A stretch of 50,301 bases of DNA, counting the filler, from an uncultured virus (IMG/VR IMGVR_UViG_2061766007_003888) (Duplodnaviria > Heunggongvirae > Uroviricota > Caudoviricetes). It is 5 parts of one record of this genome, joined end to end, with 100 filler letters (N's around TTAATTAATTAA, not from the genome) between each part and the next. Parts side by side here need not be neighbours in the genome. Positions count along the whole stretch, not along the records: positions 10,372 to 29,465 come from IMGVR_UViG_2061766007_003888; positions 29,566 to 42,213 come from IMGVR_UViG_2061766007_003888; 3 more parts are not named here. One strand, written 5' to 3'. Below, one piece after another: positions 20,318 to 30,152 of this stretch. Both the position numbers and the translations under genes were made by a program. The number at the start of each line of letters is the position of its first letter. Position 1 is the stretch's first letter. Below the pieces are notes generated by a model. The model was not told the DNA's origin. It ran no database searches and worked only from the letters and a program-made list of their open reading frames with translations.

Positions 20318-20981
20318 ATTGACCTCGCTTGTATATCCATAATATAGAAAAATCCGGAAATTTCGTAAACGAAAATATTTAAATATTTTCTAACAAGGGC
20401 ATGCCGCGATAGACGCATTTTAAGGTCTCGTTTATAAAGACCTATTACTTATACTCTTCGATATAGAAACGAGCCCACGAGTCGAATATGGACGAAATAT
20501 AGAGGTATTTTCATGTAATAGAAGAAACGGCCCGCGGGAGGTCGTCCGCAGGCCGTTCGTTCGANNNNNNNNNNNNNNNNNNNNNNNNNNNNNNNNNNNN
20601 NNNNNNNNNNNNNNNNNNNNNNNNNNNNNNNNNNNNNNNNNNNNNNNNNNNNNNNNNNNNNNNNNNNNNNNNNNNNNNNNNNNNNNNNNNNNNNNNNNNN
20701 NNNNNNNNNNNNCCGGTATCCGTGTTCCCGGAGTGGACGTACGTATTCTCGTAGAACACGTCGAGGTTTGACTGGGCGAGCACCGTCAGGTAGAACATGT
20801 CCCCCACGTACATGACCGGNNNNNNNNNNAAAAATATTTGAATATTTTCTAACAAGGGCATGCCGCGATAGACGCGTTTTAAGGTCTTGTTTATAAAGAC
20901 CTATTACTTATACTCTTCGATATAGAAACGAGTCCACGAGTCGAATATGGACGAAATATAGAGGTATTTTCGCGTAATAGA

Positions 20982-21016
20982 AGAAACGGCCCGCGGGAGG
21001 TCGTCCGCAGGCCGTT
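20982..21016 (-). terminator. Intrinsic terminator of the beta-barrel gene
   Basis: AACGGCCTGCGG...CCGCGGGCCGTT then TCTT. Confidence 0.65.
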
Positions 21017-21035
21017 CGTTCGAGGTCAAAATCCC

Positions 21036-21647
21036 CTAGAAGAAGAACTTCAATCCGCAATGTAGCTGGTATCTCGAGGTATTCACCGACGTTTCCACCA
21101 GGTGGGTATTCGCCGCGAGGTAGATGGAGGCGTGGTAGTCGACCCTGAATCCCGCCTCGAACCACCAGTCCAGGTCGTCGACGGAATAGTCGAGCTTGTC
21201 GACCTCGGTATCCGTGTTCCCGGAGTGGACGTACGTGTTCTCGTAGAACACGTCGAGGTTCGACTGGGCGAGCATCGTCAGGTAGAACATGTCCCCCACG
21301 TACATGACCGGGCCTATCGAGAAGGACCATACCCCGTACTCGTCGACCACCATGTCGCTTCCCGGGAAGGTGTTGTACATGTCGTACGTCGCGGAGGTCT
21401 TGGCGTTGACTCCCACGGCGAACCTGTCGGACACGACTGCGAGGCCCTCGAAACCGATTCCTACGCTGCCGGCGAAACCGTCGTAGTGTTTCCCGAACCC
21501 GCCGTGCACCGTGCCGTTGAAGTCGACGTAGGGAGCGGCTTCCCAGTGCCTCGTCTCGGAACCGAACGCCCAGGCTGCCCCCACGAGGAGGAAGAAGACG
21601 ATTGCGACGATGATTGTCCCGCCGTAGTTAACTTCGTATTTCATCAT
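21036..21647 (-). CDS. Outer-membrane beta-barrel protein
   Basis: Signal peptide ending AWA; alternating amphipathic strands; C-terminal YQLHCGLKFFF beta-signal. Confidence 0.7.
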   Translation of the reverse strand: MMKYEVNYGGTIIVAIVFFLLVGAAWAFGSETRHWEAAPYVDFNGTVHGGFGKHYDGFAGSVGIGFEGLAVVSDRFAVGVNAKTSATYDMYNTFPGSDMVVDEYGVWSFSIGPVMYVGDMFYLTMLAQSNLDVFYENTYVHSGNTDTEVDKLDYSVDDLDWWFEAGFRVDYHASIYLAANTHLVETSVNTSRYQLHCGLKFFF

Positions 21648-21994
21648 GTGACCTCTCTTGTTTATGACTATAATATAGGAAATATCCGGATATTATAGTC
21701 AAAAATTATTTCGAGATTATTTCCGGCAAGCCTCTTACTGCTTCTGCCTGACCGTGATCTTACCGTCGTCGTCCTGGACGACTTCCACCGTGATCTTCAC
21801 TGTCTTGACGTCGTACCCGAATTCCCAGCCGTATTCGCGTTTGTCGACGTCGATGTCGAGTTGCGATTCGGCATAACCTTCCAGCTCGGCGAGTCGTTCT
21901 TCCGGTGATTCGTATTCCATACGATTGCTGGAAAGGGGCATACCGTCGGAATAGGATTCGATCNNNNNNNNNNGGCCCTCGATGCCCCCGAAAC

Positions 21995-22282
21995 TTACTG
22001 CTTCTGCCTGACCGTGATCTTCCCGTCGTCGTCCTGGACGACTTCCACCGTGACCTTCACGGTCTTGACGTCGTACCCGAATTCCCAGCCGTGTTCGCGT
22101 TCGTCGACGTCGATGTCGATTTGCGATTCGTCATAACCTTCCAGCTCGGCGAGTCGTTCTTCCGGTGTTTCGAATTCCATACGATTGCTGGAAAGGGGCA
22201 TACCGTCGGAATAGGATTCGATCCAGTCGGCGGTGTAGACCTTGATTTGGCAATCGACTGTCTGTGTCGCAAGAATCTTCAT
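21995..22282 (-). CDS. Hypothetical acidic protein (variant at 21735..21963)
   Basis: Promoter cassette. Confidence 0.8.
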   Translation of the reverse strand: MKILATQTVDCQIKVYTADWIESYSDGMPLSSNRMEFETPEERLAELEGYDESQIDIDVDEREHGWEFGYDVKTVKVTVEVVQDDDGKITVRQKQ

Positions 22283-22363
22283 GTTGACCTCTCTTGTTTT
22301 TATATAATATAGAAAAATGAACTAGTCTTTTAAACTAGTTCAATTTGAGTTTTTTCGACAGAT

Positions 22364-22702
22364 TTACTTCAATTCGAGTTCAACACCGTCTTCATGGTAA
22401 TGGTTCAGCGGGAATGTCACTTCGATGTTCAGTTTAAGTCTTATTACCTGCCAAGTATAGACCAAATCTCCTGATTCAGAAGTCTTTGTCCAAAGATTTC
22501 CGTCTTCGATTTCAATTTTCTTTCCCTTTCTAATGTTCGGTTCCTGATGATCGCCGACCAACGTACTGTTATAATCCTTACGGAGGATTTCAGCAAGGTC
22601 TTGAGGATTTTGTTTTACTGCGATTGAATCGGTTGTTGCGCTAGTACAGCAATCACCAGATTCGACGCGGATGAGTTGGTATGCGATGACTTCGTGTTTC
22701 AT
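22364..22702 (-). CDS. Hypothetical protein
   Basis: Start corrected to the ATG after AAGAGAGGT. Confidence 0.8.
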   Translation of the reverse strand: MKHEVIAYQLIRVESGDCCTSATTDSIAVKQNPQDLAEILRKDYNSTLVGDHQEPNIRKGKKIEIEDGNLWTKTSESGDLVYTWQVIRLKLNIEVTFPLNHYHEDGVELELK

Positions 22703-22782
22703 ATTAACCTCTCTTGTATATTTCAAATATAGAAAATTCCGAATTTTCTGTAAAGAAGATTATTTGAAATTTTTCGCTGGAA

Positions 22783-23088
22783 CTACTGCTTCCCGTTATG
22801 CCATTCCTTCCCGTTTTCGATTCTGTATTCGTCCAAGAGAATCATGGCAGGTTCGTCCTTCTTCATCTCTCTATACCATGTCGGAGGAATAAAGTTCGTC
22901 TTCGGGTACTGTGCTGTATCGTCTTCGCACGGTTCGAGTACGCCGACGTCAGACGGTTCAGGCATATTATTGTCCGCGAATTTGTTAGCCAGTGATTCGC
23001 CGACCATAGGAGTAAGCATGTCGAACACTTCAGACTTTGAAGCTCGTTTGTTGTCCGGGATGTCGAAATTGAAATTGTTTCTTGACAT
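22783..23088 (-). CDS. Hypothetical protein
   Basis: AAGAGAGGT RBS in the tail of the upstream gene. Confidence 0.75.
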   Translation of the reverse strand: MSRNNFNFDIPDNKRASKSEVFDMLTPMVGESLANKFADNNMPEPSDVGVLEPCEDDTAQYPKTNFIPPTWYREMKKDEPAMILLDEYRIENGKEWHNGKQ

Positions 23089-23090
23089 TT

Positions 23091-23387
23091 TTACTTACCT
23101 CTCTTGCTGACAACAGCGAAGTCAAGCCAGCATTCGCGGAGCTGTTTTTGTTCGTCGCTTTCAACTTCAGGATTCAAGTGCTTAGAGTCCTTAAAGGTCG
23201 CATGGTCAAGGGTTTGCTTGTTCCAGTGTAGTCTGGCATACGGGTCGTTGCCAGTTATGCAAAGGTTTTCCTTGATGAGTTCGAACGCAACCTTCTTAAT
23301 CCGCTGGTCGATTTCGCCAGCCAATGCCTTTGCTTCGTCTTCGCTGAACTTCGTGCTCAAAATCTTAATGATGTTGTTGTTTGCCAT
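23091..23387 (-). CDS. Hypothetical protein
   Basis: Promoter cassette. Confidence 0.8.
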   Translation of the reverse strand: MANNNIIKILSTKFSEDEAKALAGEIDQRIKKVAFELIKENLCITGNDPYARLHWNKQTLDHATFKDSKHLNPEVESDEQKQLRECWLDFAVVSKRGK

Positions 23388-23478
23388 GTTGACCTCTCTT
23401 GTATATTTCAAATATAGAAAATTCAGAATAAATGTAAAACATAAATTCTAGATTTTTTGTATTCAGTTAGCTCGATAC

Positions 23479-23643
23479 CTAGCCATTGACTTTTGCCATG
23501 AGATCATCCCACGGTGTTGCCAGACATACGGCTTCGGCTTCAGAGACACCATACATCTGCGAAAAGTCTTCCATATTCAGATAGTTGTTAATGTCGTTGA
23601 GAACTTTAATCTGGTCATCAGTGAGCGTAATTCTTTTTGCCAT
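23479..23643 (-). CDS. Hypothetical protein, 54 aa (paralog of 11842)
   Basis: ITLTDDQ..INNYLNMEDFSQMY..WD versus VTLTEDE..IANYVNWDDFNQMY..WD. Confidence 0.7.
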   Translation of the reverse strand: MAKRITLTDDQIKVLNDINNYLNMEDFSQMYGVSEAEAVCLATPWDDLMAKVNG

Positions 23644-23694
23644 AAGTAATCTCCATTGTTATATTGATAATATAGAAAAATACGGATTTATAAC

Positions 23695-23728
23695 AAAAGA
23701 AAAGACCGGGAAATTAATCCCGGTCTTT
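23695..23728 (-). terminator. Intrinsic terminator
   Basis: AAAGACCGGGA-ttaatt-TCCCGGTCTTT then T-rich run. Confidence 0.8.
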
Positions 23729-23746
23729 CCCTGAGGTCAATAAGTT

Positions 23747-23929
23747 TTACCCGTTCTCTTCGCGATACTTTTTCGCTTTGTTCTTTACCCAGTTACGGAC
23801 GAACTCGTCACCCGGATCGCGACCGATCCTCTCGCCCTCGAGCCATTTCTCCAGGTTGATCTGGTCGACCTGCTTCTGTATGAATTCCTTCTGGGCCTCG
23901 GCTTCGTTCTTTTCTTCTTCCGTACACAT
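23747..23929 (-). CDS. Small DUF4032-like protein, probable late gene
   Basis: I..EKWLEGERIGRDPG....W motif; AATAAATA-4nt-ATG. Confidence 0.6.
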   Translation of the reverse strand: MCTEEEKNEAEAQKEFIQKQVDQINLEKWLEGERIGRDPGDEFVRNWVKNKAKKYREENG

Positions 23930-24004
23930 ATTATATTTATTAACCCGTAATCCGTCGCCACCGGCGGGCGAGCTCTTCCCATGATTCTTCAGGCATGATT
24001 CCCC

Positions 24005-24352
24005 TTACTTGTTGACTGTCCATACTTTCCCGTTCTTCACGTAGATACCGGAGGCGATGGCCTGCTTCGTGAGCTGGCCCGCGTACTTACCGATCTTCTT
24101 CATGAGGATCGCGCTCTGCTTCTCGCTGAGCCACTGCTTCTTCTGGTACTGCTTCGCGAAGCTCGACAGGATGTACGCGTCGGTGCCGTTGAATCCCACG
24201 TCGTTGTGGTGGTTCGTGGATTCCGTCCTCTTCTCGTCCTCGGTCTGGTTGGCGAAGATTTTCATCATCGCCTTGACCGCCTGTTCGGGCTTGCTCGTGA
24301 TCTGAGCGCGGATTGCATTCTGGATTTCGCCGACGGACTTGAACGTGACCAT
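24005..24352 (-). CDS. Conserved phage protein (QT.DE..N.VGF...DA..LSS.A..LS.KQ..KY..QL)
   Basis: Recognisable large-phage motif; promoter cassette. Confidence 0.8.
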   Translation of the reverse strand: MVTFKSVGEIQNAIRAQITSKPEQAVKAMMKIFANQTEDEKRTESTNHHNDVGFNGTDAYILSSFAKQYQKKQWLSEKQSAILMKKIGKYAGQLTKQAIASGIYVKNGKVWTVNK

Positions 24353-24419
24353 ATTGACCTCTCTTGTATATATCAAATATAGCAAAATCTATACGGGCCG
24401 TAAGCAAATAAATCGAAAT

Positions 24420-24455
24420 AAAAAGACGGCAGACACCTGCGCGATGCCTGCCGTC
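24420..24455 (-). terminator. Intrinsic terminator
   Basis: GACGGCAGGCATC...GGTGTCTGCCGTC then T-run. Confidence 0.8.
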
Positions 24456-24474
24456 AGCTCGAGGTCAATAAACC

Positions 24475-24951
24475 TTACCAGTTCGATTCATCATCTTCTT
24501 CGGATTCGTCCGTCGAGTCTCCGGTTTCGACATATTCGATAGTGAAACCCGTCGAGGCGTCGCGCAGCCTGAACGAACCGTCGTTGCCGTCGGTTTCGAG
24601 CGTGACGTTCCCCTTGAATTTGCGGTTGACGTAGCCGAGTTCGGAAAAATTCTTCGATTCGTCGCAGAACTCGAGAGGGATCACGGAGAGACAGCCGGCG
24701 TCGACTCCGTAATTCGCCTCGCGCCCGCCGTAACACCCGTCGCCGTAAGCGGTCGAATCGACGACCATGATATCCTGCTTCTCGAAGACGAACTTGCCGT
24801 CGTTACACCAACGACCTTCCTTCTTTTCTCGTTCCTCGCCCCAGTTAAGCCATTCCTGGTACAGGTCTTCCTTGAGCGCGTAGCACGGATCCCCGAAATA
24901 GAATCCGTTCGGGCAGTTGATGGTTTCGTTGATGCCGGAAGTATTAGCCAT
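24475..24951 (-). CDS. DUF4241-like protein
   Basis: GDPCY, STAYGDGCY and GVDAG motifs. Confidence 0.65.
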   Translation of the reverse strand: MANTSGINETINCPNGFYFGDPCYALKEDLYQEWLNWGEEREKKEGRWCNDGKFVFEKQDIMVVDSTAYGDGCYGGREANYGVDAGCLSVIPLEFCDESKNFSELGYVNRKFKGNVTLETDGNDGSFRLRDASTGFTIEYVETGDSTDESEEDDESNW

Positions 24952-25047
24952 ATCGACCTCTCTTAATCGAACCGAACATCCGGTTCGCGATTAATAATAT
25001 AGAAAAAATTCGAATATACCTTAATCAAATAAATCGAACGTTTCCTG

Positions 25048-25191
25048 TCAGACTTCCCATACGAAGGTCTCGAATCCCCTGTCGAGCCTTTCCCGTTCGG
25101 TCTTTTCCGCCAGGCCGTAGTCTTCCGTCACGAGCACCGTGTTCAACTTGCCGTACTCGTCCCTGCTGTAAACCTTGTAACGTCTCTTCAT
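25048..25191 (-). CDS. Hypothetical protein, 47 aa
   Basis: TAATG coupling and AAGGAG RBS. Confidence 0.65.
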   Translation of the reverse strand: MKRRYKVYSRDEYGKLNTVLVTEDYGLAEKTERERLDRGFETFVWEV

Positions 25192-25466
25192 TATACGTGC
25201 TCCTTCACGGCGGACAGGAACTCGCCGTACCACCTTTCGAGATTCTCTTCGAATTCTTCAGCTGTCGGGCACTTGAATGTCTTGTCCCATACCATATAGA
25301 TGATACGGTTCTTTCCGTCGTCGTCGGCACTGAGCCCGTCGTCCGCGAGGCCGTTCAGTTCGTAATAGTTCTCGAGCCGGTTCACCACGTAGTCGGCCGC
25401 GGCGCCCGGGATATTGTCGCTCAGCTTGATTTCCATCGTTTCGGTATTGACTTCGAAATTCTTCAT
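25191..25466 (-). CDS. Hypothetical acidic protein
   Basis: AAGAGAGGT RBS. Confidence 0.8.
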   Translation of the reverse strand: MKNFEVNTETMEIKLSDNIPGAAADYVVNRLENYYELNGLADDGLSADDDGKNRIIYMVWDKTFKCPTAEEFEENLERWYGEFLSAVKEHV

Positions 25467-25485
25467 ATCGACCTCTCTTGCCCGG

Positions 25486-25563
25486 TTACTTCCTGTTGTT
25501 CTTCGGGTTCGTCACAGCAATCGCTATGCTCACCACCGTTACCGCTATACCGAAATAAACCAT
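25486..25563 (-). CDS. 25-aa membrane peptide
   Basis: MVYFGIAVTVVSIAIAVTNPKNNRK after promoter and GGAGGT. Confidence 0.55.
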   Translation of the reverse strand: MVYFGIAVTVVSIAIAVTNPKNNRK

Positions 25564-25650
25564 ATCGACCTCCGTTCTATATCATTAATATAGAAAAATA
25601 CGGAACTTAGACGGTTTAAAACTTAAGGGATAAATCCCGTCGGATACCCC

Positions 25651-26022
25651 TTAACGGATTCTTTCCCACTCGAACTTGACGTTGTCGATGAAGATTTCCC
25701 AGGTACGCTCCCTGATCGGGAAGTTCGTGTCCGACAGGTCTGGACCCACGGGGACGAGTCTGTTTCCCTTGGTTTCGAATGTGAAGGTCATCTCATTGTG
25801 GAGTTTCCCGTTATCGACATGGAGGGTCACGGAATCGTATTCGCAGAACGAGAGTGAACCGAAACGGTCGACAACCTTCTTCTGGTAGACGGTGACGGTC
25901 TCGCCGTTGGATAGGTTGAATTCCACCAGCGTAATCTCGTTCGTCTTCTCGTCGGCGTCGGTCTTGATGCCGGTAAGCTGTGCCGTAGTCTCTTTCTTGC
26001 CTTTTGTCAGCGTAATGAACAT
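25651..26022 (-). CDS. Hypothetical protein
   Basis: Promoter cassette. Confidence 0.8.
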   Translation of the reverse strand: MFITLTKGKKETTAQLTGIKTDADEKTNEITLVEFNLSNGETVTVYQKKVVDRFGSLSFCEYDSVTLHVDNGKLHNEMTFTFETKGNRLVPVGPDLSDTNFPIRERTWEIFIDNVKFEWERIR

Positions 26023-26090
26023 GATAACCTCCGTTGATGCTTTAAATATAGAAAAATCTGGATTTATCGTATAGATATTAATCCGGGTTT

Positions 26091-26441
26091 TTAACTTAGT
26101 GCATCTATCGCCCTCATCGTTTCCCTGTTCTTCATTTCCAGGTACGTATCCGTGAACTTCTTGCCCGTATCGCGGATAAACTGCTCTATCTCGTCCTGTG
26201 ACATTTCCTCTTCGGCAATGTAATTAACCGCCTTGCCGTCGCTGTTCAACCAGCCATCGCTGTCGATATACGCATTTTCGAAAAAGTCGTCGTCGTATTT
26301 GAGCAACGTTCCCTTACCGTAGACGGTAGGCCTCCATGCGGAATTCGCGTAAACGTATCCCGTAAAATCCCTAGTCGGCATTTCGAGTATTCCCTCGTCC
26401 ACGAGCTTGACAAGGGTATCTCTGTCGACCTTGACTTTCAT
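26091..26441 (-). CDS. Hypothetical protein, ends IDALS
   Basis: ATGA-coupled start MKVKVDRD. Confidence 0.75.
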   Translation of the reverse strand: MKVKVDRDTLVKLVDEGILEMPTRDFTGYVYANSAWRPTVYGKGTLLKYDDDFFENAYIDSDGWLNSDGKAVNYIAEEEMSQDEIEQFIRDTGKKFTDTYLEMKNRETMRAIDALS

Positions 26442-26761
26442 TGCTGTCCCATGAAAGCGTTCATGAATTCCTGTTCGCTCTCGTTCTGCTCTGCGGTAAG
26501 GACGAGCGCGTCGACCATCTTCGGGATGAACGTGGGGTCGCCCGACATCGTGAGCGTCATCATCGCGTTCAGTTCGTCGGTCAGAGAATCCGTGTCCAGC
26601 ATCTTGTTGAGGCATGCGTCGGGAATCACGCTGCTGAAGTTACGGCAGAGCCTGTCATAGAGTTCCGCGACTTCGAGGAGCTTAGATTTGCCGTCCTTGC
26701 AGATCCTGGAGAAACGGTAGGCGTCCTTGAGATAGTTACGTACGACGAGTTCGAATTTCAT
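26438..26761 (-). CDS. Hypothetical protein
   Basis: Promoter cassette; start MKFELVV. Confidence 0.8.
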   Translation of the reverse strand: MKFELVVRNYLKDAYRFSRICKDGKSKLLEVAELYDRLCRNFSSVIPDACLNKMLDTDSLTDELNAMMTLTMSGDPTFIPKMVDALVLTAEQNESEQEFMNAFMGQQ

Positions 26762-26831
26762 ATAGACCTCTCTTGTATGTCTATAATATAGAAAATTCCG
26801 ATTATTCCGTAAACCGTTATATAGTCGATTT

Positions 26832-27416
26832 TTATCCCAGAGCACCGTCAATCGTACGTTCCAGGCCGTCGTTCCGCAACTGCAGCGTATGCTGGTTGAT
26901 TTTCTGCTCGATTTCCTTGTAGAATTCCGGCATGTTCGACTTCTTTGTGTAACGACTAATCAGTTCTGCTTCGAAATCGCGCCTGAATTGTCCGGACGTA
27001 AAGTATTCCACGTTGTCGATGATTTTGGGAATATTATATACAGAGTCGCTTCCTATACGCGTAATGGGTTTCCCGTCTATTGTTTTGCCGGAATAGACAT
27101 CAACATCCCGTAACGTAGTATATTCGCTTCCGGTCAATTCAATCGCTATATATTCATTTATTCCTTCATTCTCTACCATGTTGACGCGGACGCTGCCGAC
27201 TCTATAGCCGAACGCGTTACGGATTTCTAAATGTACGGTGTTGAACTCCCCGCATGTTTTCCAGATTTTGAAATACCGGGAATACAGGTCCGTCGCCAGT
27301 TCTACCATGTATTTCAGGAAAGACGCTTCGCACGACTTCTTGGCGTCGGTGCATTTCTTGGCGTAGCTTAATGTTTTCTTAATCTCTTTTTCGAATCCGG
27401 TAGGCTTAATGGACAT
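26832..27416 (-). CDS. Hypothetical protein
   Basis: Promoter cassette. Confidence 0.85.
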   Translation of the reverse strand: MSIKPTGFEKEIKKTLSYAKKCTDAKKSCEASFLKYMVELATDLYSRYFKIWKTCGEFNTVHLEIRNAFGYRVGSVRVNMVENEGINEYIAIELTGSEYTTLRDVDVYSGKTIDGKPITRIGSDSVYNIPKIIDNVEYFTSGQFRRDFEAELISRYTKKSNMPEFYKEIEQKINQHTLQLRNDGLERTIDGALG

Positions 27417-27486
27417 ATTGACCTCTCTTATATGTCTATAATATAGAAAAATCCGGAATTTATGTAAACATATACACGACGGGTTT

Positions 27487-27819
27487 TCAATCCAGTTCGC
27501 CTATGCAAGCGACCGGCTTGATGTAGTCAAGGACGCGTTCGATCCAGGGCTTGACCACCTTGCGGAGGTATTTCTCCCCGGGCCGTTCCTTGATGACCAG
27601 CTGTTTCATGACCTTGTTCCTGTCGTCGTGCAACGAGATAATCTGCCTGCAATTGGCCCCGTCGTAAATTCCCTGGTTTTGACGACGGTAATGCGAAGGG
27701 AAACCCAGGTATTTTTCCTTGTCCGACCAGTCCATTTCGAGGTGCAGGTGGAAATCCCTGTCGCTGCCTGACCATACTTCCTCGACCTTGATGGAGTCGA
27801 CGATGGGCCAGGCGAGGTG
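27487..27819 (-). CDS. C-terminal part of the protein whose N-terminus is at 37523..37812
   Basis: HLAWPIVDSIKVEEVWSG..DKEKYLGFP shared. Confidence 0.7.
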   Translation of the reverse strand, partial: HLAWPIVDSIKVEEVWSGSDRDFHLHLEMDWSDKEKYLGFPSHYRRQNQGIYDGANCRQIISLHDDRNKVMKQLVIKERPGEKYLRKVVKPWIERVLDYIKPVACIGELD

Positions 27820-27942
27820 NNNNNNNNNNTGCCAGGTGGACCTTGACTTCGGCGCAGTTCGTGGTATTCTCGACTTTCACCTCGACCGTGACTCCCTTTT
27901 CCTCGAAAATGTCGGTGAGCTTCTGCGGCAGGNNNNNNNNNN

Positions 27943-28572
27943 GGCCAGGTGGACCTTGACTTCGGCACAGTTCGTAGTATTCTCGACTTTCACCTCGACC
28001 GAGACTCCCTTTTCCGCGAAAATGTCGGTGAGCTTCTGCGGCAGGTCGATCATCTCGATGTCGCGTTCCAGCTTCTTGTTGTTCAGGCTTACCCACATGT
28101 TGCGGACGAACTCGATTACCCTGTCATATTCTTTTTCGATGAGGGAGATCAGCCTGTCGCTGTCCTTCATCTCGTCGTCGATCAGTTCGTATTCCGTCTG
28201 TTTGTTCAGCTCGTCCTTGCAGTTACTGCCGAGCTGGCCGAAGATGGAATAAGACGTAATGTTATGGAAAGAACCCTGGATCCTCAGCTTGTTCTTCCTA
28301 TTCCTGGTCTTCCCCTTGGCGAGGTTCAGAGAAACGTTGAAGTGCAGCATTTCGTTCTTGTACGTCGGATTTGTCCCGAGCATGTCCTGCAGGCAGAACC
28401 TCTTGCTCCAGGAAATCCAGTCGGAATCCTTTCCGCTGTGGTGACTGATACCCTGGTCAGAGTTCTTGGTACGGTCAGCGATTACGGATATGGCGGCGAC
28501 CACCGTCCTGTCCATCAGCAGGCTTCGGTCGGATACACTAACCATTCGGCAGCAGATAAATCGATTGTACAT
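27943..28572 (-). CDS. Hypothetical protein, partial
   Basis: Promoter cassette; long ORF. Confidence 0.75.
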
Positions 28573-28626
28573 GATATTACCTCTTGTCTATATCCTTAAT
28601 ATAGAAAAACGGCCTGNNNNNNNNNN

Positions 28627-28717
28627 CGACTGCGTGGAAAAGGTGAAGACGGCCATCGAACGCGAGAAAGACAAGAAAAAGAAGGAACTTCTCAAGATTC
28701 TCGATGTGCTGCAATAA
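28627..28717 (+). CDS. C-terminal fragment ending LDVLQ
   Basis: Open frame after gap. Confidence 0.5.
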
Positions 28718-28806
28718 AAAAATTGCATAATTCCGGGTTTACGGAAATTTCCGAATTGCTATATTTGATTATATCGAAATAAACAGATAACAAGGAGAAA
28801 TCCAAT

Positions 28807-29395
28807 ATGGCAATTACGGCCGAAGATACAATCAAGGGAATCATCGCATCCGCCAAGGCGGGCAACGTCAGCGACCACGTGGTGGCCGACGGGAAGGAAT
28901 CCTGGAAAATCCCGTTCAAGGGTCAGACCTACAAGGTCGTCGTGACGGACAAGCAGGCGAAGACCGGCAAGGCNNNNNNNNNNACAGACCTACAAGGTCG
29001 TCGTGACGGACAAGCAGGCGAAGACCGGCAAGGCCTTCAACAAGAACGAACTGTTCGTCTGCGGCGACGACGGCGAGAAGGTGGTGAACCTCGGCGACTG
29101 GAAGAAGAAGCTGTTCTATACCCTCGTCTACAACCTCCGCGAGGGCAAGGTCTTCAAGAAAATCGACCAGGACCCGAAGAAGGTCCGCGCCATCCGCGAG
29201 GACATGAAGAAGAACCCGGGCAACTACACGTTCACCGACACGTCCATCACGGGCACGTGGAACGGCAAGCCGATCGCCGTCAACAAGGTGGCGAAGACCT
29301 ACAAGTCCGGCAAGACCCTCAACCGTATCACCCTGACCGAATGCGGAGTCGTGACCCTGAAGGGCTCGCAGCTGCAGCACCTGTTCAAGGCGTAA
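28807..29395 (+). CDS. Lys-rich hypothetical protein of about 175 aa (gap inside)
   Basis: AAGGAG RBS; overlapping fragments; strong C/G-ending codon bias. Confidence 0.8.
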
Positions 29396-29509
29396 CCGGA
29401 AAAAACGAATTCAAACATTCGTCCCGGCCCTGTCCGTAATTTCCTATATTGTATATCGTAACGAANNNNNNNNNNNNNNNNNNNNNNNNNNNNNNNNNNN
29501 NNNNNNNNN

Positions 29510-29521
29510 TTAATTAATTAA
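29510..29521. other. Artificial scaffold linker
   Basis: TTAATTAATTAA between N runs. Confidence 0.95.
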
Positions 29522-29758
29522 NNNNNNNNNNNNNNNNNNNNNNNNNNNNNNNNNNNNNNNNNNNNCCAAGGACAAGAAGACGAAAGCGATGGTGGCGAAA
29601 GCCTTCGATCTGATGATCGAGAAGGTCAACAAGAAAATCGAAGCGAAGGAAAAGGAAATCGCCAAGCGCTGCGGCGAGACCAAGTAGAAACACGATATAA
29701 TACCCGGCTCCGTAACCGGGTATTTTTCTATATTTAGAACATAAGCAAGAGGTATTAA

Positions 29759-30022
29759 ATGAAAGTTAAGGAATTCATCAAGAAAATCGACCTGCTCAAA
29801 TATCCCCAGGGCATCACGGTCATGGACGAATGGCAGGCGACGGACTTCGGAGACATCTATACCGGCGGGGACAGTTTTGACGAGGAAATCGTCAAGGAAT
29901 CCGGTAACCTCGAAATCTGCCCGGAGCAGGATCCCGATAATCTCCCGACCGGCATGTACGGCACTGCCATCATCAAGGTACCAGTCGACCAATACTATCA
30001 CAAGGCAGATATAAAGGACTAA
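29759..30022 (+). CDS. Hypothetical acidic protein
   Basis: Promoter cassette. Confidence 0.8.
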   Translation: MKVKEFIKKIDLLKYPQGITVMDEWQATDFGDIYTGGDSFDEEIVKESGNLEICPEQDPDNLPTGMYGTAIIKVPVDQYYHKADIKD

Positions 30023-30152
30023 ACGATGGTTCACGTCAAGTTCAAGTACAGGGACGAATTGTCCCGCGGGAAATGGAACGAGCAGGAATGTCTCGTCCGT
30101 TCCGTCCAGGAATGCAAGGAAATCTACGGGCTCGACCAGTGNNNNNNNNNNA

